A stretch of 64,000 nt of DNA from Candidatus Omnitrophota bacterium (GCA_041653835.1 JBAZEP010000005.1:313-64312), one strand, 5' to 3'. Shown: positions 19,210-29,579, numbered from the stretch's first letter. Numbers and translations: made by a program. Notes: generated from the sequence alone by a model not told the origin.

Positions 19210-20555
19210 TAACGCTTTAGATACCTAATCGCGTCGCCGACAATAAACAACGAACCCGTAACCAGTATTAAGTCCTTTTTATCCGCGAACTTTAAAGCTT
19301 TTCTCATAGCCTCATCCACATCTTTGGCCTCTTCTATGCCAAGCCCTGGTTTTTTGAAATTCCGCCTTAATTTTGCCGAGCCTGCCGCCCTTAAATTATC
19401 TTTCGCCTTTGTAAGTATCATAATATCGCTTATCTTTTCAAGCACGGCGCTCGTGCCTTTTATGTCCTTATCGCTGGACATGCCGAACACGCATATCAAT
19501 TTCCCGTAATCGAACGTTTTTTTTATCGAACCTGCCAATGCCAACGCGCTGGCCGGATTATGCGCGCCGTCCAAAACTATATATGGAGCTTTCCGGGCTA
19601 TCTGCAATCTCCCGGGCCACGTTACGCTCTTCAACCCTTTTCTTATGGCGTTTTCATCTATATTAAACCTGGCCGGGTCCAGAAGCTTAAGCATGGCTAT
19701 GCCAAGAGAAGCGTTTTCCGCCTGATGGCGGCCGAGCAACCGCGTTTCCAGATTTCTATAATAATACCCCGGCCCTTTTAAATCAAAAACCTGGCTTTTC
19801 TCATCCGAATCCACGATAGAATATTTTATATCTTTACCTATCTCATACAACTCGGCGTTTCTTTCAGCGCAAATTTTTCTTATTACTCCCGCCGCCGCCT
19901 TTCCCTGTACGGCTGCGGCAACTTTACCCTGTCTTTTTATTATCCCGGCTTTCTCCGCCGCAATATCTTCCAGCCTGCTGCCTAATTTATCGGTATGTTC
20001 CAGGCTTATATTCGTTATCCCCGCTGCCAAAGGCACCACGACATTGGTAGCGTCAAGCCTGCCCCCGAGGCCTGTCTCCAGGACCGCGGCGTCAACTTTA
20101 TTTTTTTTGAAATGCAAAAAAGCGCATGCCGTCACTATCTCGAAAAAAGACACCTTGCCTAAAGTCTTGTGGTCCCTGAATTTTTCCGCGACAGGCTTTA
20201 TCTCTTCGACAAGGCTGCGGAATCCTTCTTCGCTTATCATGCCTTCGAATTTATCCGCTCCGCCCCTGCCTACCAATATCCTGATGCGTTCCCTGAACTC
20301 CACAAGGTGCGGGGATGTATATAAACCGGCTTTATACCCGGCTTTTTTCAAAATATAAGCCGCGACAGCACATGTGGACCCTTTTCCCTTTGACCCGGCC
20401 ACATGGATAATATTCAAATCTTTATGCGGATCGCCCAGTTCCTTTAAAATTGCCTCCATTCTCCCTAATTTGAACGAAGACGCGTATCCGTATTTCGGTA
20501 TTTTCTCGAAATTTATAAAGGAATTAACATAATCTACGGCGCCGCTATAATCCAT
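19209..20555 (-). CDS. folC: Folylpolyglutamate synthase / dihydrofolate synthase
   Basis: 448 aa. P-loop HVAGSKGKGST of the Mur-ligase family. FolC-like length and motif order. Confidence 0.85.
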   Translation of the reverse strand: MDYSGAVDYVNSFINFEKIPKYGYASSFKLGRMEAILKELGDPHKDLNIIHVAGSKGKGSTCAVAAYILKKAGYKAGLYTSPHLVEFRERIRILVGRGGADKFEGMISEEGFRSLVEEIKPVAEKFRDHKTLGKVSFFEIVTACAFLHFKKNKVDAAVLETGLGGRLDATNVVVPLAAGITNISLEHTDKLGSRLEDIAAEKAGIIKRQGKVAAAVQGKAAAGVIRKICAERNAELYEIGKDIKYSIVDSDEKSQVFDLKGPGYYYRNLETRLLGRHQAENASLGIAMLKLLDPARFNIDENAIRKGLKSVTWPGRLQIARKAPYIVLDGAHNPASALALAGSIKKTFDYGKLICVFGMSSDKDIKGTSAVLEKISDIMILTKAKDNLRAAGSAKLRRNFKKPGLGIEEAKDVDEAMRKALKFADKKDLILVTGSLFIVGDAIRYLKR

Positions 20556-20561
20556 ATCAAA

Positions 20562-22133
20562 TCAATGTTTGAAGTGCCTGGCTCCGGTAAAGACCATACT
20601 GATACCGGCATTATCGCATGCCTTTATCACGTATTCATCGCGTATGGAGCCGCCCGGCTGGATTATGCTCGTTATACCGGCTTTTTCAGCCGCCTCTATC
20701 GCGTCTTCTTTTGGAAAGAACGCGTCACTCGCGCAGCTGGCGCCTTTGGAAAGGCCCTGGGATTTCATTATGGCGATAACCATCGAATCAACCCTGGACA
20801 TTTGTCCCGCGCCTATCCCTACCGTCCTGGTTGCCTGCGCAAGGACTATGGCATTTGATCTTACATGTTTCACTATCTTCCATCCAAAAAGCAAAGACGC
20901 TATTTCTTCCTTCGATGGTTTTTTCTTCGTGACCACTTTCAAATCTTTTTCTTCTATGCTTAAAATATCCCTGTCCTGTATAAGGAGCCCGCCTACGACC
21001 TTTTTAAGGTCATAGTCTTTTTCTATGCCTTTAAGTTCCCCTGTCTCTATTAATCTCAGGTTCTTCTTCGCCATCAAAACTTCCAGCGCCTTTTTCTCAT
21101 ACGAAGGCGCGATGATGCATTCGGTAAAACCCGCGCTGATTATCGCCTCGGCTGTCTTTAGATCGACTTCCCTGTTAAGGCCCACAATGCTCCCGAACGC
21201 GGAAAGCCTGTCGCAATCAAGGGCGTTGTTATACGCCTCCGCTAATGTCTTATTGGCAGCTGCGCCGCACGGATTTGTGTGTTTTATAACGCTTGCCGCC
21301 GGCTCTTTGAATTCCTTCACTATCTCAAGCGCCGCGTCCAGGTCTATTATGTTATTGAATGACAGCTCTTTGCCATGGAGCTGTCTTGCGCGGGAAATGC
21401 CTACGGCGTTCATTTTCTTATCTATATAAAAACTGGCTTTCTGGTGGGGGTTTTCCCCGTATCTCAATCCCTGCGCCTTTTCAAATTTCAATTCAAGGGT
21501 ATCCGGAAAATCCCCGCCCTCTGCCGCCGCGCTATCGCCTTTCACCTGTTTTTTCAGAAAATTATATATCGCGGTGTCGTATTTTGATGTTTTCTCGAAG
21601 ACCTCCACGCCCAGTTTAAAATGCAGTCCATCCGAAATAGCGCCGTCGTTCTTCCTCATTTCTTCTATAATGTCCCTGTATCTTTCCGGATTGCATACCA
21701 CCGCTACATCCCTGGAGTTCTTGGCGGCCGAACGCAGCATACTGGGCCCGCCTATATCTATATTTTCGATCGCCTCGCTTAATTCCACGCCCGGCTTGGC
21801 AACCGTCTTTTCAAAAGGATAAAGATTTACCACCACCATGTCTATAAGGCCTATATCATGTTTTTCGATCTGTTCCATATGCTCTTTTTTATCCCGGATA
21901 GCCAGGAGCCCGCCGTGGATCTTCGGATGTAATGTCTTCACCCTGCCGTCCAGCATTTCCGGAAACCCTGTATAGTCAGACACGGATTTAACAGGTATGC
22001 CCAGTCCCGCTATAAGTTTGGCTGTACCGCCCGTGGACAATATCTCTACCTTGAATTCATTCAATACCTTTACCAACTCGTCCAGTCCTGCCTTGTCCGA
22101 CACACTTATAAGCGCCCTTCTGATCTTCCGCAT
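20562..22133 (-). CDS. purH: Bifunctional AICAR transformylase / IMP cyclohydrolase
   Basis: 523 aa. N-terminal MGS-like IMPCH domain (ALISVSDKAGLDELVKVL...LSTGGTAK) and C-terminal AICARFT domain. Confidence 0.95.
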   Translation of the reverse strand: MRKIRRALISVSDKAGLDELVKVLNEFKVEILSTGGTAKLIAGLGIPVKSVSDYTGFPEMLDGRVKTLHPKIHGGLLAIRDKKEHMEQIEKHDIGLIDMVVVNLYPFEKTVAKPGVELSEAIENIDIGGPSMLRSAAKNSRDVAVVCNPERYRDIIEEMRKNDGAISDGLHFKLGVEVFEKTSKYDTAIYNFLKKQVKGDSAAAEGGDFPDTLELKFEKAQGLRYGENPHQKASFYIDKKMNAVGISRARQLHGKELSFNNIIDLDAALEIVKEFKEPAASVIKHTNPCGAAANKTLAEAYNNALDCDRLSAFGSIVGLNREVDLKTAEAIISAGFTECIIAPSYEKKALEVLMAKKNLRLIETGELKGIEKDYDLKKVVGGLLIQDRDILSIEEKDLKVVTKKKPSKEEIASLLFGWKIVKHVRSNAIVLAQATRTVGIGAGQMSRVDSMVIAIMKSQGLSKGASCASDAFFPKEDAIEAAEKAGITSIIQPGGSIRDEYVIKACDNAGISMVFTGARHFKH

Positions 22134-22165
22134 CTTGCCTCCTGTTTTTCGCTCTTTCCATACCC

Positions 22166-22208
22166 TCTAATGTCACATTTAAGACAATGTCTTAAATGTG
22201 ACATTAGA
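22166..22208. repeat. 39-43 bp palindrome (taatgtcacatttaagaca-a-tgtcttaaatgtgacatta) overlapping the ychF stop codon
   Basis: Read directly, with 19 bp arms. Nearly identical (37/39) to the element at 36161..36199. Confidence 0.55.
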
Positions 22209-23211
22209 CATTAAAACGGATATTCAGCATGTCGCCGTCTTTGACGATATACTCTTTCCCCTCGATCTTCAACAACCCTGCCTCGCGCACCTTCTGCATA
22301 TTGCCTTCGTACTTTACAAAGTCCTCGTAATTCACGACCTCCGCCCTGATAAAGCCTCTTTTTATGTCGGAATGTATCTTGCCTGCCGCTTCTATGACAG
22401 GCAGCCCGGATTCCAGATGCCATCCTGTGGTGTCTTTATCTCCGGCTGTAAAAAATGTAAGGAGGTTCAATTCTTTGCATATGAATTTTGACATCTTTTC
22501 CCTGAAATTATATCCTGATCCCATTTCCTTTGAAAACTGCTCGCGTTCCCCGGGATCCAATTCCAGCATCTCGAGTTCCGTCTTTCCAAAGAATCTTATG
22601 CTCCTCATACCCATAGAGGAGCAATATTCCTCCGCCGGTTTTATCTTGTCCTCGGATTTCCCTTCCTCAAGGTTTACCGCAACGATTATCGGCCTTAAGG
22701 TTATGAACGAAAATCCTGAAAAAAGTTTCAACTCGTCCCGGGTAAGGCCTATATTGCGTAAAAGTTTTGAATTCTCCAGGGAATCCTGGCATTTTTTCAA
22801 TAATTTCATTTCACCTTCGATATCGGTCTTTATCTTCATTCTTTCTTTCTCTATCCTGGTGATCCTGGATTGTATGGCTTCAAGGTCCGACAGTATGATA
22901 TCCGTCATGTAGCTTTCCAGCTCCTTTTTTGGATCCTCGCTGAAAAACGCGTTCGCCACGCATATGAAAAGGTCTATATCGTGCAGTTTGGAATATTCTT
23001 TGCCCGTGAATCCCGCGTCCATGCTGATATCCAGGAAAGCTGTTTCCGGATAGACCTTTTTCTTGGAGGAAAATATATCGCTCAGTTTTTCTATCCGCTG
23101 GTCCATGAATTTGAACATGCCGATATCCCCTGTAATATCCGCGGATTGCAGCAGGATCTTGAATATCGTTGTTTTGCCGGATTGTGGAGGGCCTATAATG
23201 CCTATTTTCAT
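22204..23211 (-). CDS. ychF: YchF/OLA1-family ribosome-binding ATPase (divergent G1 motif)
   Basis: 335 aa. The C-terminal TGS-like block KIHSDIKRGFIRAEVVNYEDF...EGKEYIVKDGDMLNIRFNV matches the YchF C-terminus. The P-loop reads GPPQSGKTT instead of the canonical GLPNVGKST. Confidence 0.7.
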   Translation of the reverse strand: MKIGIIGPPQSGKTTIFKILLQSADITGDIGMFKFMDQRIEKLSDIFSSKKKVYPETAFLDISMDAGFTGKEYSKLHDIDLFICVANAFFSEDPKKELESYMTDIILSDLEAIQSRITRIEKERMKIKTDIEGEMKLLKKCQDSLENSKLLRNIGLTRDELKLFSGFSFITLRPIIVAVNLEEGKSEDKIKPAEEYCSSMGMRSIRFFGKTELEMLELDPGEREQFSKEMGSGYNFREKMSKFICKELNLLTFFTAGDKDTTGWHLESGLPVIEAAGKIHSDIKRGFIRAEVVNYEDFVKYEGNMQKVREAGLLKIEGKEYIVKDGDMLNIRFNV

Positions 23212-23226
23212 GATAGAATCCCTATT

Positions 23227-23811
23227 TTATGCTGTCCTAAGGCGTGCTATAACTTCGAATATCTCGCCTTCTTTGGATTTCTTATCCTCTACCTTTATCT
23301 TTATCCTGACCGCTTTTGGCAGGCCGGTAGCCGGTGCCTCGCCTGAATCCCAGCTGTCCAGCCAGGCGCTTCCATCTGAATACGAAAATTCCAGCTCGGC
23401 TATGTTCTCGCTCAACGCCTCGCTGTGGTCATACGTCTCGAAATTGAAATCCGGATCCAGGTCATCATCGCGCATAAGGAGTTTTTTATCGTTGTCCAGC
23501 CAGAACTCCACCTCGCTCAATTCGAATACGCCTGAACCCGTGGATACAAAAGAAATAAAACTGATCCCGCTCTTGTTACCCGTAAATTTACAAAGAGGGT
23601 TGGAATTGATTACCGCCTGGCTTATTTCCGCGTTCATCCTGGAAATCGCGCTCCTCGCGTTTTGATAACGTTCGCTCCTTGTCTCGCCCTTCTGCCAGGA
23701 TTTCGAAGCGCTTTGGAAGATAGTGAACGTGGAGGCTACTATCATCGCGAGTATAGCCAGCGCTATAAGTATTTCCACGAGGGTAAACCCCCGGCCTCTA
23801 TTTAGCGACAT
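23227..23811 (-). CDS. Prepilin-type N-terminal-methylation-domain protein (pseudopilin, GspJ/PilW-like)
   Basis: 194 aa. GFTLVEILIALAILAMI class III signal/methylation motif. Confidence 0.6.
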   Translation of the reverse strand: MSLNRGRGFTLVEILIALAILAMIVASTFTIFQSASKSWQKGETRSERYQNARSAISRMNAEISQAVINSNPLCKFTGNKSGISFISFVSTGSGVFELSEVEFWLDNDKKLLMRDDDLDPDFNFETYDHSEALSENIAELEFSYSDGSAWLDSWDSGEAPATGLPKAVRIKIKVEDKKSKEGEIFEVIARLRTA

Positions 23812-24178
23812 ATGTAATAAAATCTTTGGACCTCACGGTGTTGCGTTCGGGCCAGCTGACAGTAAGGGTAACTTTCCTCATGTCAGCGCCTGATTCCACC
23901 CCTTCAAGTGAAACATTGTCTATCTCTATAGACCAATCGAAATCCCCATCCCTGCCGGAAAGGGGTATTTTCGGGGGAAGTTCCGTAATCGCCTCGAATC
24001 CCGCCAATTTCACGTCTTCTATCTTATTTTGCGCGAGGAAAGACGCCTTCGTCATCATGCCGGCGCGCTGTGATGCCCTCAAGCCGATCGGAAATATCTG
24101 TAATACCCCAATCAGCCCTACAGCCAATACAGCTATGGCTATGATCAACTCCAATAAAGAAAATCCTCTTTTATCCAT
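23798..24178 (-). CDS. Prepilin-type pseudopilin (GspI/GspH-like)
   Basis: 126 aa. GFSLLELIIAIAVLAVGLIG motif. Overlaps the next gene by 14 nt. Confidence 0.6.
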   Translation of the reverse strand: MDKRGFSLLELIIAIAVLAVGLIGVLQIFPIGLRASQRAGMMTKASFLAQNKIEDVKLAGFEAITELPPKIPLSGRDGDFDWSIEIDNVSLEGVESGADMRKVTLTVSWPERNTVRSKDFITYVAK

Positions 24179-24180
24179 TT

Positions 24181-25257
24181 TTATTCTATTAGTTTCGCCA
24201 GGGAGAACAGCGGCATAAACATCGATACCACGATGAATCCAACAACAAGGCCCATGAAAACTATGAGCAAAGGTTCAAGAAGGGACGTAAGCCCGCTCAC
24301 GGCCGTATCCACTTCATCCTCGAAATTATCCGCGATCTGTATCAACATCTTTGCCAGATCCCCTGTTTCTTCCCCTATGCCGACCATCTTTGTGACAAGC
24401 GGAGGAAAAGCCTTGCTTGCCTCCATTGGCCCGGCTACACTTTCTCCTTCTTTTATGCTGTCCTTGACCTGGATGACCGCCCTGGCGATAAATTCATTCC
24501 CTACCGTATCCCTGACTGTCTGCAGCGCCGCGAGTATGGGGACGCCGCTTGAAAGCAGCGTCCCGAGCGTCCTTGAAAATCTCGCGACCGCTATCTGCTG
24601 TATTAGATTCCCCACAACCGGTATGTGGAGTTTCATCCTGTCCACTATCAATCTCCTGTCAGGATTTTTTATAATCGACTTATATAACGCGATTACCCCC
24701 ACCGGAATAAGGGGTATAAGGAACCAGAACTTCCTCGTGATATCGCTCACGACAATCAATATCCTCGTGGGAAGAGGCAGGCTGCCCCCTACCTCCGAAA
24801 ACATGCTCGTAAAAGTAGGTATAACGAATACCATCAGCATGATAAGTATGAGTACCGCCACTATCATGACGAACATGGGGTACATCAAGGCTGATTTTAC
24901 CTTGTCTTTCAACTTTTGCGACTTATCCAGGAATTCGGACAACCGCTTCAATATATCCTCGAGCATGCCCCCTAACTCTCCCGCCTTTATCATGTTTACG
25001 TAAAAATCCGGGAATACTTTAGGAAAATGGGCGAGCGCGTCCGAAAAATTAGAACCGCTTTCCACGTCATCGGCTATTGATTTTATAACGGATTTCAAAG
25101 TCCCGGTTTCCAGCTGGTCCTGGAGTGTCCTGAGGGCTTTTACGAGCGGCAGGCCTGCCGCTATGAGTGTGGAGAGCTGCCTGGTAAATAAGACGAGGGA
25201 CTTAGTGCTTACCTTCTTTTTGAAATCTAATATTGCCAAAAATTTCGAAAGGTCCAT
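24181..25257 (-). CDS. Type II secretion / type IV pilus platform protein GspF/PilC family
   Basis: 358 aa. Two repeated T2SSF-type modules with 3 TM helices, and characteristic LFTRQLSTLIAAGLPLVKALRTL and ARFSRTLGTLLSSGVPILAAL blocks. Confidence 0.8.
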   Translation of the reverse strand: MDLSKFLAILDFKKKVSTKSLVLFTRQLSTLIAAGLPLVKALRTLQDQLETGTLKSVIKSIADDVESGSNFSDALAHFPKVFPDFYVNMIKAGELGGMLEDILKRLSEFLDKSQKLKDKVKSALMYPMFVMIVAVLILIMLMVFVIPTFTSMFSEVGGSLPLPTRILIVVSDITRKFWFLIPLIPVGVIALYKSIIKNPDRRLIVDRMKLHIPVVGNLIQQIAVARFSRTLGTLLSSGVPILAALQTVRDTVGNEFIARAVIQVKDSIKEGESVAGPMEASKAFPPLVTKMVGIGEETGDLAKMLIQIADNFEDEVDTAVSGLTSLLEPLLIVFMGLVVGFIVVSMFMPLFSLAKLIE

Positions 25258-25260
25258 CGC

Positions 25261-26346
25261 TCATCTTTTTACAACAGTGTCATTGATCTCTATGTCCATG
25301 CCGTCTTTCAAATTTTTTATATCAGCCGCGGCGATCCTGTCACGCGCCTGTATGATCTCTACCGAGCCCAGCAGCGCCAGCCCCCGGTAAACATTAAACA
25401 TATTGCCTATCTCTATCCCATCCTGCTTGCCCAGGTCTATAACCACGAAATTATGCTCTTTGTTGACCGTGACTACCCTGCCTTTTAATCCCGGATCTTC
25501 GCCTATCCTTTCCAGCGACGGTGTAGTAAGCCTGGCTGTCTTCTGCGCCACGATCGGGGGCAGATCCACCTCTTCCGGGGCATGATAAGCCTCTGCCCTG
25601 GCTTCCTGGAACCTGGCCGCGCTTTCTTTAACCGCAGTCTTAAACCTGTCTATTTCCATGTTTTTATGCTCTAGGTTGCTTTCGAGCCTGGCAATCCTGG
25701 AATTCATATTTTCTTTTTCCGTAAGAATATTATTATATTCCTTCGCTATCTTCTCGAATTCCGATACCCTGGACCTGAGTATATTATTTTCCGAAGTAAG
25801 CTTCCAGGACGCCGAGGCCTTGTCCTCTTCCAGTTTAGCCAGTTTTAAATCCTTGTCCTTGTTTTCGGTTTTTAGCCCTGATATTTCCTGTTCTTTCGCT
25901 ATTACGTCATTTTTTAATTTGTCGATCTCCGCTTCCAGGCCCGCCTTCTGGTTAAGCATAGTAGCGACAAATATATCGGATTCCATTTCCTTCAATCTCT
26001 TTTCAAGGAACGCCCTGCCTTTTCTGGCGCTCGCGAGTTCCCTTTTCAGGGAATCCCTTTCACCCGCCACAGTCTCGTGTTCGGATTTCAGGTTCGAATG
26101 GCTTGCTTCCAGGATATTGAATTTTTCCTCTATTGTCCGTAATTTTGAATTCAACTCCGCCTTTTCATTCGTCGCCATGGTAAGCTCCGTATTCAGCTTA
26201 TCCATAGTAGTCTTGAACAACTCTTCCAGGTTAGTATATTCGTTATAAAGCTTTTCCTTGGAAAGAAAAAACCAGGCTGTGCTGAAACTGCTCAATACCA
26301 CCAACCCTACCAGTATCCATAGTATCGAACGCAGTGTTTTATCCAT
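25261..26346 (-). CDS. Membrane-anchored coiled-coil protein with small C-terminal beta domain
   Basis: 361 aa. N-terminal TM, about 230 aa of heptad-rich coiled coil, and a C-terminal roughly 90 aa globular region. No confident family assignment. Confidence 0.5.
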   Translation of the reverse strand: MDKTLRSILWILVGLVVLSSFSTAWFFLSKEKLYNEYTNLEELFKTTMDKLNTELTMATNEKAELNSKLRTIEEKFNILEASHSNLKSEHETVAGERDSLKRELASARKGRAFLEKRLKEMESDIFVATMLNQKAGLEAEIDKLKNDVIAKEQEISGLKTENKDKDLKLAKLEEDKASASWKLTSENNILRSRVSEFEKIAKEYNNILTEKENMNSRIARLESNLEHKNMEIDRFKTAVKESAARFQEARAEAYHAPEEVDLPPIVAQKTARLTTPSLERIGEDPGLKGRVVTVNKEHNFVVIDLGKQDGIEIGNMFNVYRGLALLGSVEIIQARDRIAAADIKNLKDGMDIEINDTVVKR

Positions 26347-26358
26347 AATTTCATCTCC

Positions 26359-29300
26359 TTATGCTTTTCTGGTTATTATACCATAAACCCTTCTGCGAAT
26401 AAACAGTAATAATCTTTTAGGTGACAATACCGCGCTATTCAGGTCCTCGAATATCATATAAACACTCGGCACCAGAAAAAGCGTCAATATCGCGGAAGAC
26501 GCCAGCCCGCCGATAACGGTTATTGCCAGAGGTGACCACAGGTTCGCGGACTCGCTTCTGTCGAACGCCATGGGCACAAGGCCAAGTACCGTGGTGGCGG
26601 TAGTCATGAATATAGGCCTTAGCCTGTCTTCTCCCGCCATTATAGACGCGCGTAATATATCCCAGTGCCTGCCTGTTTTGGCGCCGTCTTTTTTTATCCT
26701 TAGGAAGTTTATCCTGTCCACCAATATGATGGCGTTGTTAACTACGATGCCCGCGAGCATTATGGCTCCGATAATAACGCCCCGGGATATAGGTTTATGC
26801 GATATGAAAAGGGCTGCCACAACCCCGGCTATAGCGAACGGCACGGACAGGATTATTACAAAAGGCTGGGAAAAAGATTCGAACAGAGAGGCCAGCACCA
26901 TAAAAACCAGTAAAAGGGTTATCCATAAGACACCCGGCATCTGGACATAAGGGGACTTGAAAGAAAACGGGAACGCGGATAATTCTTTTTCGCTCTTTAC
27001 ATTCCTCTCGTAATCTCCCCCCACTCTCCAGAAATAATCTTTCGGGAACTCCATGTCCCGCAGGTTTATTTTTACCTTTTCCACCGCTTTCTGCAAAGAA
27101 CCCTTCGAGACCATAGCTGTTATATGCACAACCCTTGTCTTATTTTTTCTTATAATCTCACTCATCCCTATATCAGGCACGAGATCCGATATCTGCTCCA
27201 GAGGTACGCTCTCTCCCTCGGAAGTGTAGAGCGCGAGCCTCCTAACGTCATCCAGTTTTTCTCTGTATTTTTTTTGGAGCCTCGTGACAGTCTCTACCTC
27301 CCTGGCCTCGGTATGAAAAAGTGTCGCCCTTAATCCCCTTATCTCGCCATGAAGGGTCTCCGCGGCTTGCTGCGTCGTAAACCCGAACAGGCCCGCGCGC
27401 TGTTTATCTATCTTGACAAGCCATTCAGGCCTGCCGCTTATCCTGGACATCCTGATGTCCTGGAGCCCGTCTATACTGCCAAGCCTGGTGGCTATGGATA
27501 TGGCTGTCTCTTTCAATATCTTGTAATCATATCCGTACAGGTCCAGCGTCAATTCTTTTAAGCCGCTTTCTTCCAGTTCCGAAAAATATATAAATCCGCC
27601 TTTGTAACGCCTTGCGACAGCGTCTCCTTCCGTACGTATCGAATCCATTACTTCTTTTGTAGAAGCCGCCCTGTCCCTCACGGGTACTAATTTGACGTAT
27701 ATCTTGGAAGACCATGGTTCTATCCTGGATGTGAATGTCTTTATCTCTTTTATATTAGCCAGCCTGGCCTCGAGTTCTTTCGCCATTTTATCCGTCACGT
27801 CCAATTTAGCGCCGGGCTCGAGCTCGGCGAATATCGTAAAACGGCCTTCTTCCGCCTCCACCATGAATTCCTTGTCCAGTTTCATCCCGAAAAATACAGC
27901 GATGCCCAATATAAATAAAGCCGCGGCTATCAGCGCGTATCTCCGCCTCAGCGCTATGATCAGGCCTTTGCGATACATAACCTTTAACTTAAAGGCCATC
28001 CTTTTTTTCGATACCTTTTCTATTTTCTTTTCCGCTGGTCTACGCGCCATTTTGCTAAGAAGGGTGGGCACAAGCGTCATTGCCACGAATAAGCTCGTTA
28101 AAAGGGAATAGGTAACGGTGAAGGCGAGCCCGCTCCAGAGCATCCTTGTTTCTTTATTGACGAACGCGAACGGAAGAAATACTATTACCGTGGTTATGGT
28201 GGATGTTATTATAGCGAGCGCCATTTCCGAAGCGCCTTCTATGACCGCGTTTTTGTCGTTCTCTCTCCAGCCGGCAAGAGGCAGGAGTCCAGACCTTTTT
28301 TTATCCACATTATCCAGTACGACTATCGAATTATCCACCAGCATGCCTATGCCGAGCGCCAGGCCGCTCAATGTCATTACATTAATGGAGAGTTTTTGAA
28401 AATACATCAGCATAAAAGTAAACATGACCGAAATGGGGATGGTAACAGCTATTATAAAAGTAGGCCTGAAATCTCTCAGCGTCAACAAAAGTATCAATAT
28501 GGAAAGGATAGCGCCAATCACAAGGGAACTCTTTACCGCGTCTATCGCGTCATTGATGACATCCGCCTGGTTAAGCGTAGTCTTTATATAAATATTCTTG
28601 TCTACTATGCCCTTTATCTGGTTAAGTTCCCTTTTTATGCCGCTGACAACCTTGATCGTATTGGCGGTGGATTCTTTCTGGATATATATAGAAACAACCG
28701 GCTCTATATCCGTCCTGGCGTAGCTCGCGGCCTCCATGAATGAATCTCTTACAATAGCGACATCTTTGAGTTTTATCACCGAGCCTTGCGGGGTAACGCT
28801 CACGCCTATATTTTCTATGTCTTTAGTCGTCTCGAAAGTTCCAAGCGCTCTTATAAGATATTTATTTTTTTCCCTGGGAAGGTCTCCTATGAGCAGGCTG
28901 AAATTATTCGCTCCCAACGAACTCACGACATAATCGATTGGCACGTGATGCGCCTGGAGCCTTGACTGGTCTATCTCAACCAGGATCTTTCTTTCCCTGC
29001 CCCCGTAGACATCCACATTAGCCACACCCTCTATTCTCAATATCCTCTCTTTGATCTGCTCATCCACAACCCTCCTAAGCGTCTCCACAGTATGGGCATT
29101 GCTTGTAATAGCGAGGATCATTATGGGGGTATCAGATTCCTTGTATTGGGCTAATATTGGTTTCTCGATTTCCTTGGGGAGTTTGTCTTTTATCTTGGAG
29201 AATTTTTCCCTGGTTTCCAGCGCCGCGAAATCCATATTGATGCCCGGCTCGAACTCAAGCCATATCCTGGATTCGCCCGCCTTTGATGTGGAATAGATAT

Positions 29301-29538
29301 TCTCGAGATGGGAAACAGTGGACACAGCCTCTTCTATCGGCTTCGTGACCATGCTCTCGACTTCCTGCGGGGGCATGCCGCCCCGGACCGCTACTATTAT
29401 ACTTATATCCCCGTAGGAAATATTGGGTTTTAACTCGACAGGCAGTCTTGTGAGGGCAACGGTGCCTAATATAACAATGCCTATAAAAAACATTGTTATA
29501 CTGACAGGTTTATTTACGGAATAACTGGAGAGAGACAT
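26359..29538 (-). CDS. RND efflux transporter (HAE1/AcrB family)
   Basis: 1059 aa. 12-TM architecture with two large periplasmic loops and AcrB-like conserved blocks. Confidence 0.9.
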   Translation of the reverse strand: MSLSSYSVNKPVSITMFFIGIVILGTVALTRLPVELKPNISYGDISIIVAVRGGMPPQEVESMVTKPIEEAVSTVSHLENIYSTSKAGESRIWLEFEPGINMDFAALETREKFSKIKDKLPKEIEKPILAQYKESDTPIMILAITSNAHTVETLRRVVDEQIKERILRIEGVANVDVYGGRERKILVEIDQSRLQAHHVPIDYVVSSLGANNFSLLIGDLPREKNKYLIRALGTFETTKDIENIGVSVTPQGSVIKLKDVAIVRDSFMEAASYARTDIEPVVSIYIQKESTANTIKVVSGIKRELNQIKGIVDKNIYIKTTLNQADVINDAIDAVKSSLVIGAILSILILLLTLRDFRPTFIIAVTIPISVMFTFMLMYFQKLSINVMTLSGLALGIGMLVDNSIVVLDNVDKKRSGLLPLAGWRENDKNAVIEGASEMALAIITSTITTVIVFLPFAFVNKETRMLWSGLAFTVTYSLLTSLFVAMTLVPTLLSKMARRPAEKKIEKVSKKRMAFKLKVMYRKGLIIALRRRYALIAAALFILGIAVFFGMKLDKEFMVEAEEGRFTIFAELEPGAKLDVTDKMAKELEARLANIKEIKTFTSRIEPWSSKIYVKLVPVRDRAASTKEVMDSIRTEGDAVARRYKGGFIYFSELEESGLKELTLDLYGYDYKILKETAISIATRLGSIDGLQDIRMSRISGRPEWLVKIDKQRAGLFGFTTQQAAETLHGEIRGLRATLFHTEAREVETVTRLQKKYREKLDDVRRLALYTSEGESVPLEQISDLVPDIGMSEIIRKNKTRVVHITAMVSKGSLQKAVEKVKINLRDMEFPKDYFWRVGGDYERNVKSEKELSAFPFSFKSPYVQMPGVLWITLLLVFMVLASLFESFSQPFVIILSVPFAIAGVVAALFISHKPISRGVIIGAIMLAGIVVNNAIILVDRINFLRIKKDGAKTGRHWDILRASIMAGEDRLRPIFMTTATTVLGLVPMAFDRSESANLWSPLAITVIGGLASSAILTLFLVPSVYMIFEDLNSAVLSPKRLLLFIRRRVYGIITRKA

Positions 29539-29551
29539 ATTATAATCCTGT

Positions 29552-29579
29552 GTAGGGGCGAAATATTTTTCGCCCCTAC
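29552..29579. other. Intercistronic hairpin (gtaggggcgaaa-tatt-tttcgcccctac) overlapping the stop codon of the upstream RND gene
   Basis: Perfect 11-12 bp GC-rich stem between two co-oriented RND genes. Possible mRNA processing or stability element. Confidence 0.35.

Noticed and set aside
19158-19211. Apparent 1 nt disagreement between my hand-indexed positions (the mnmE start and the folC stop) and the ORF-track coordinates
   Set aside because: It is probably a counting slip on my side. The ORF-track coordinates are used as authoritative, and hand-derived coordinates elsewhere should be read as +/-2 nt.
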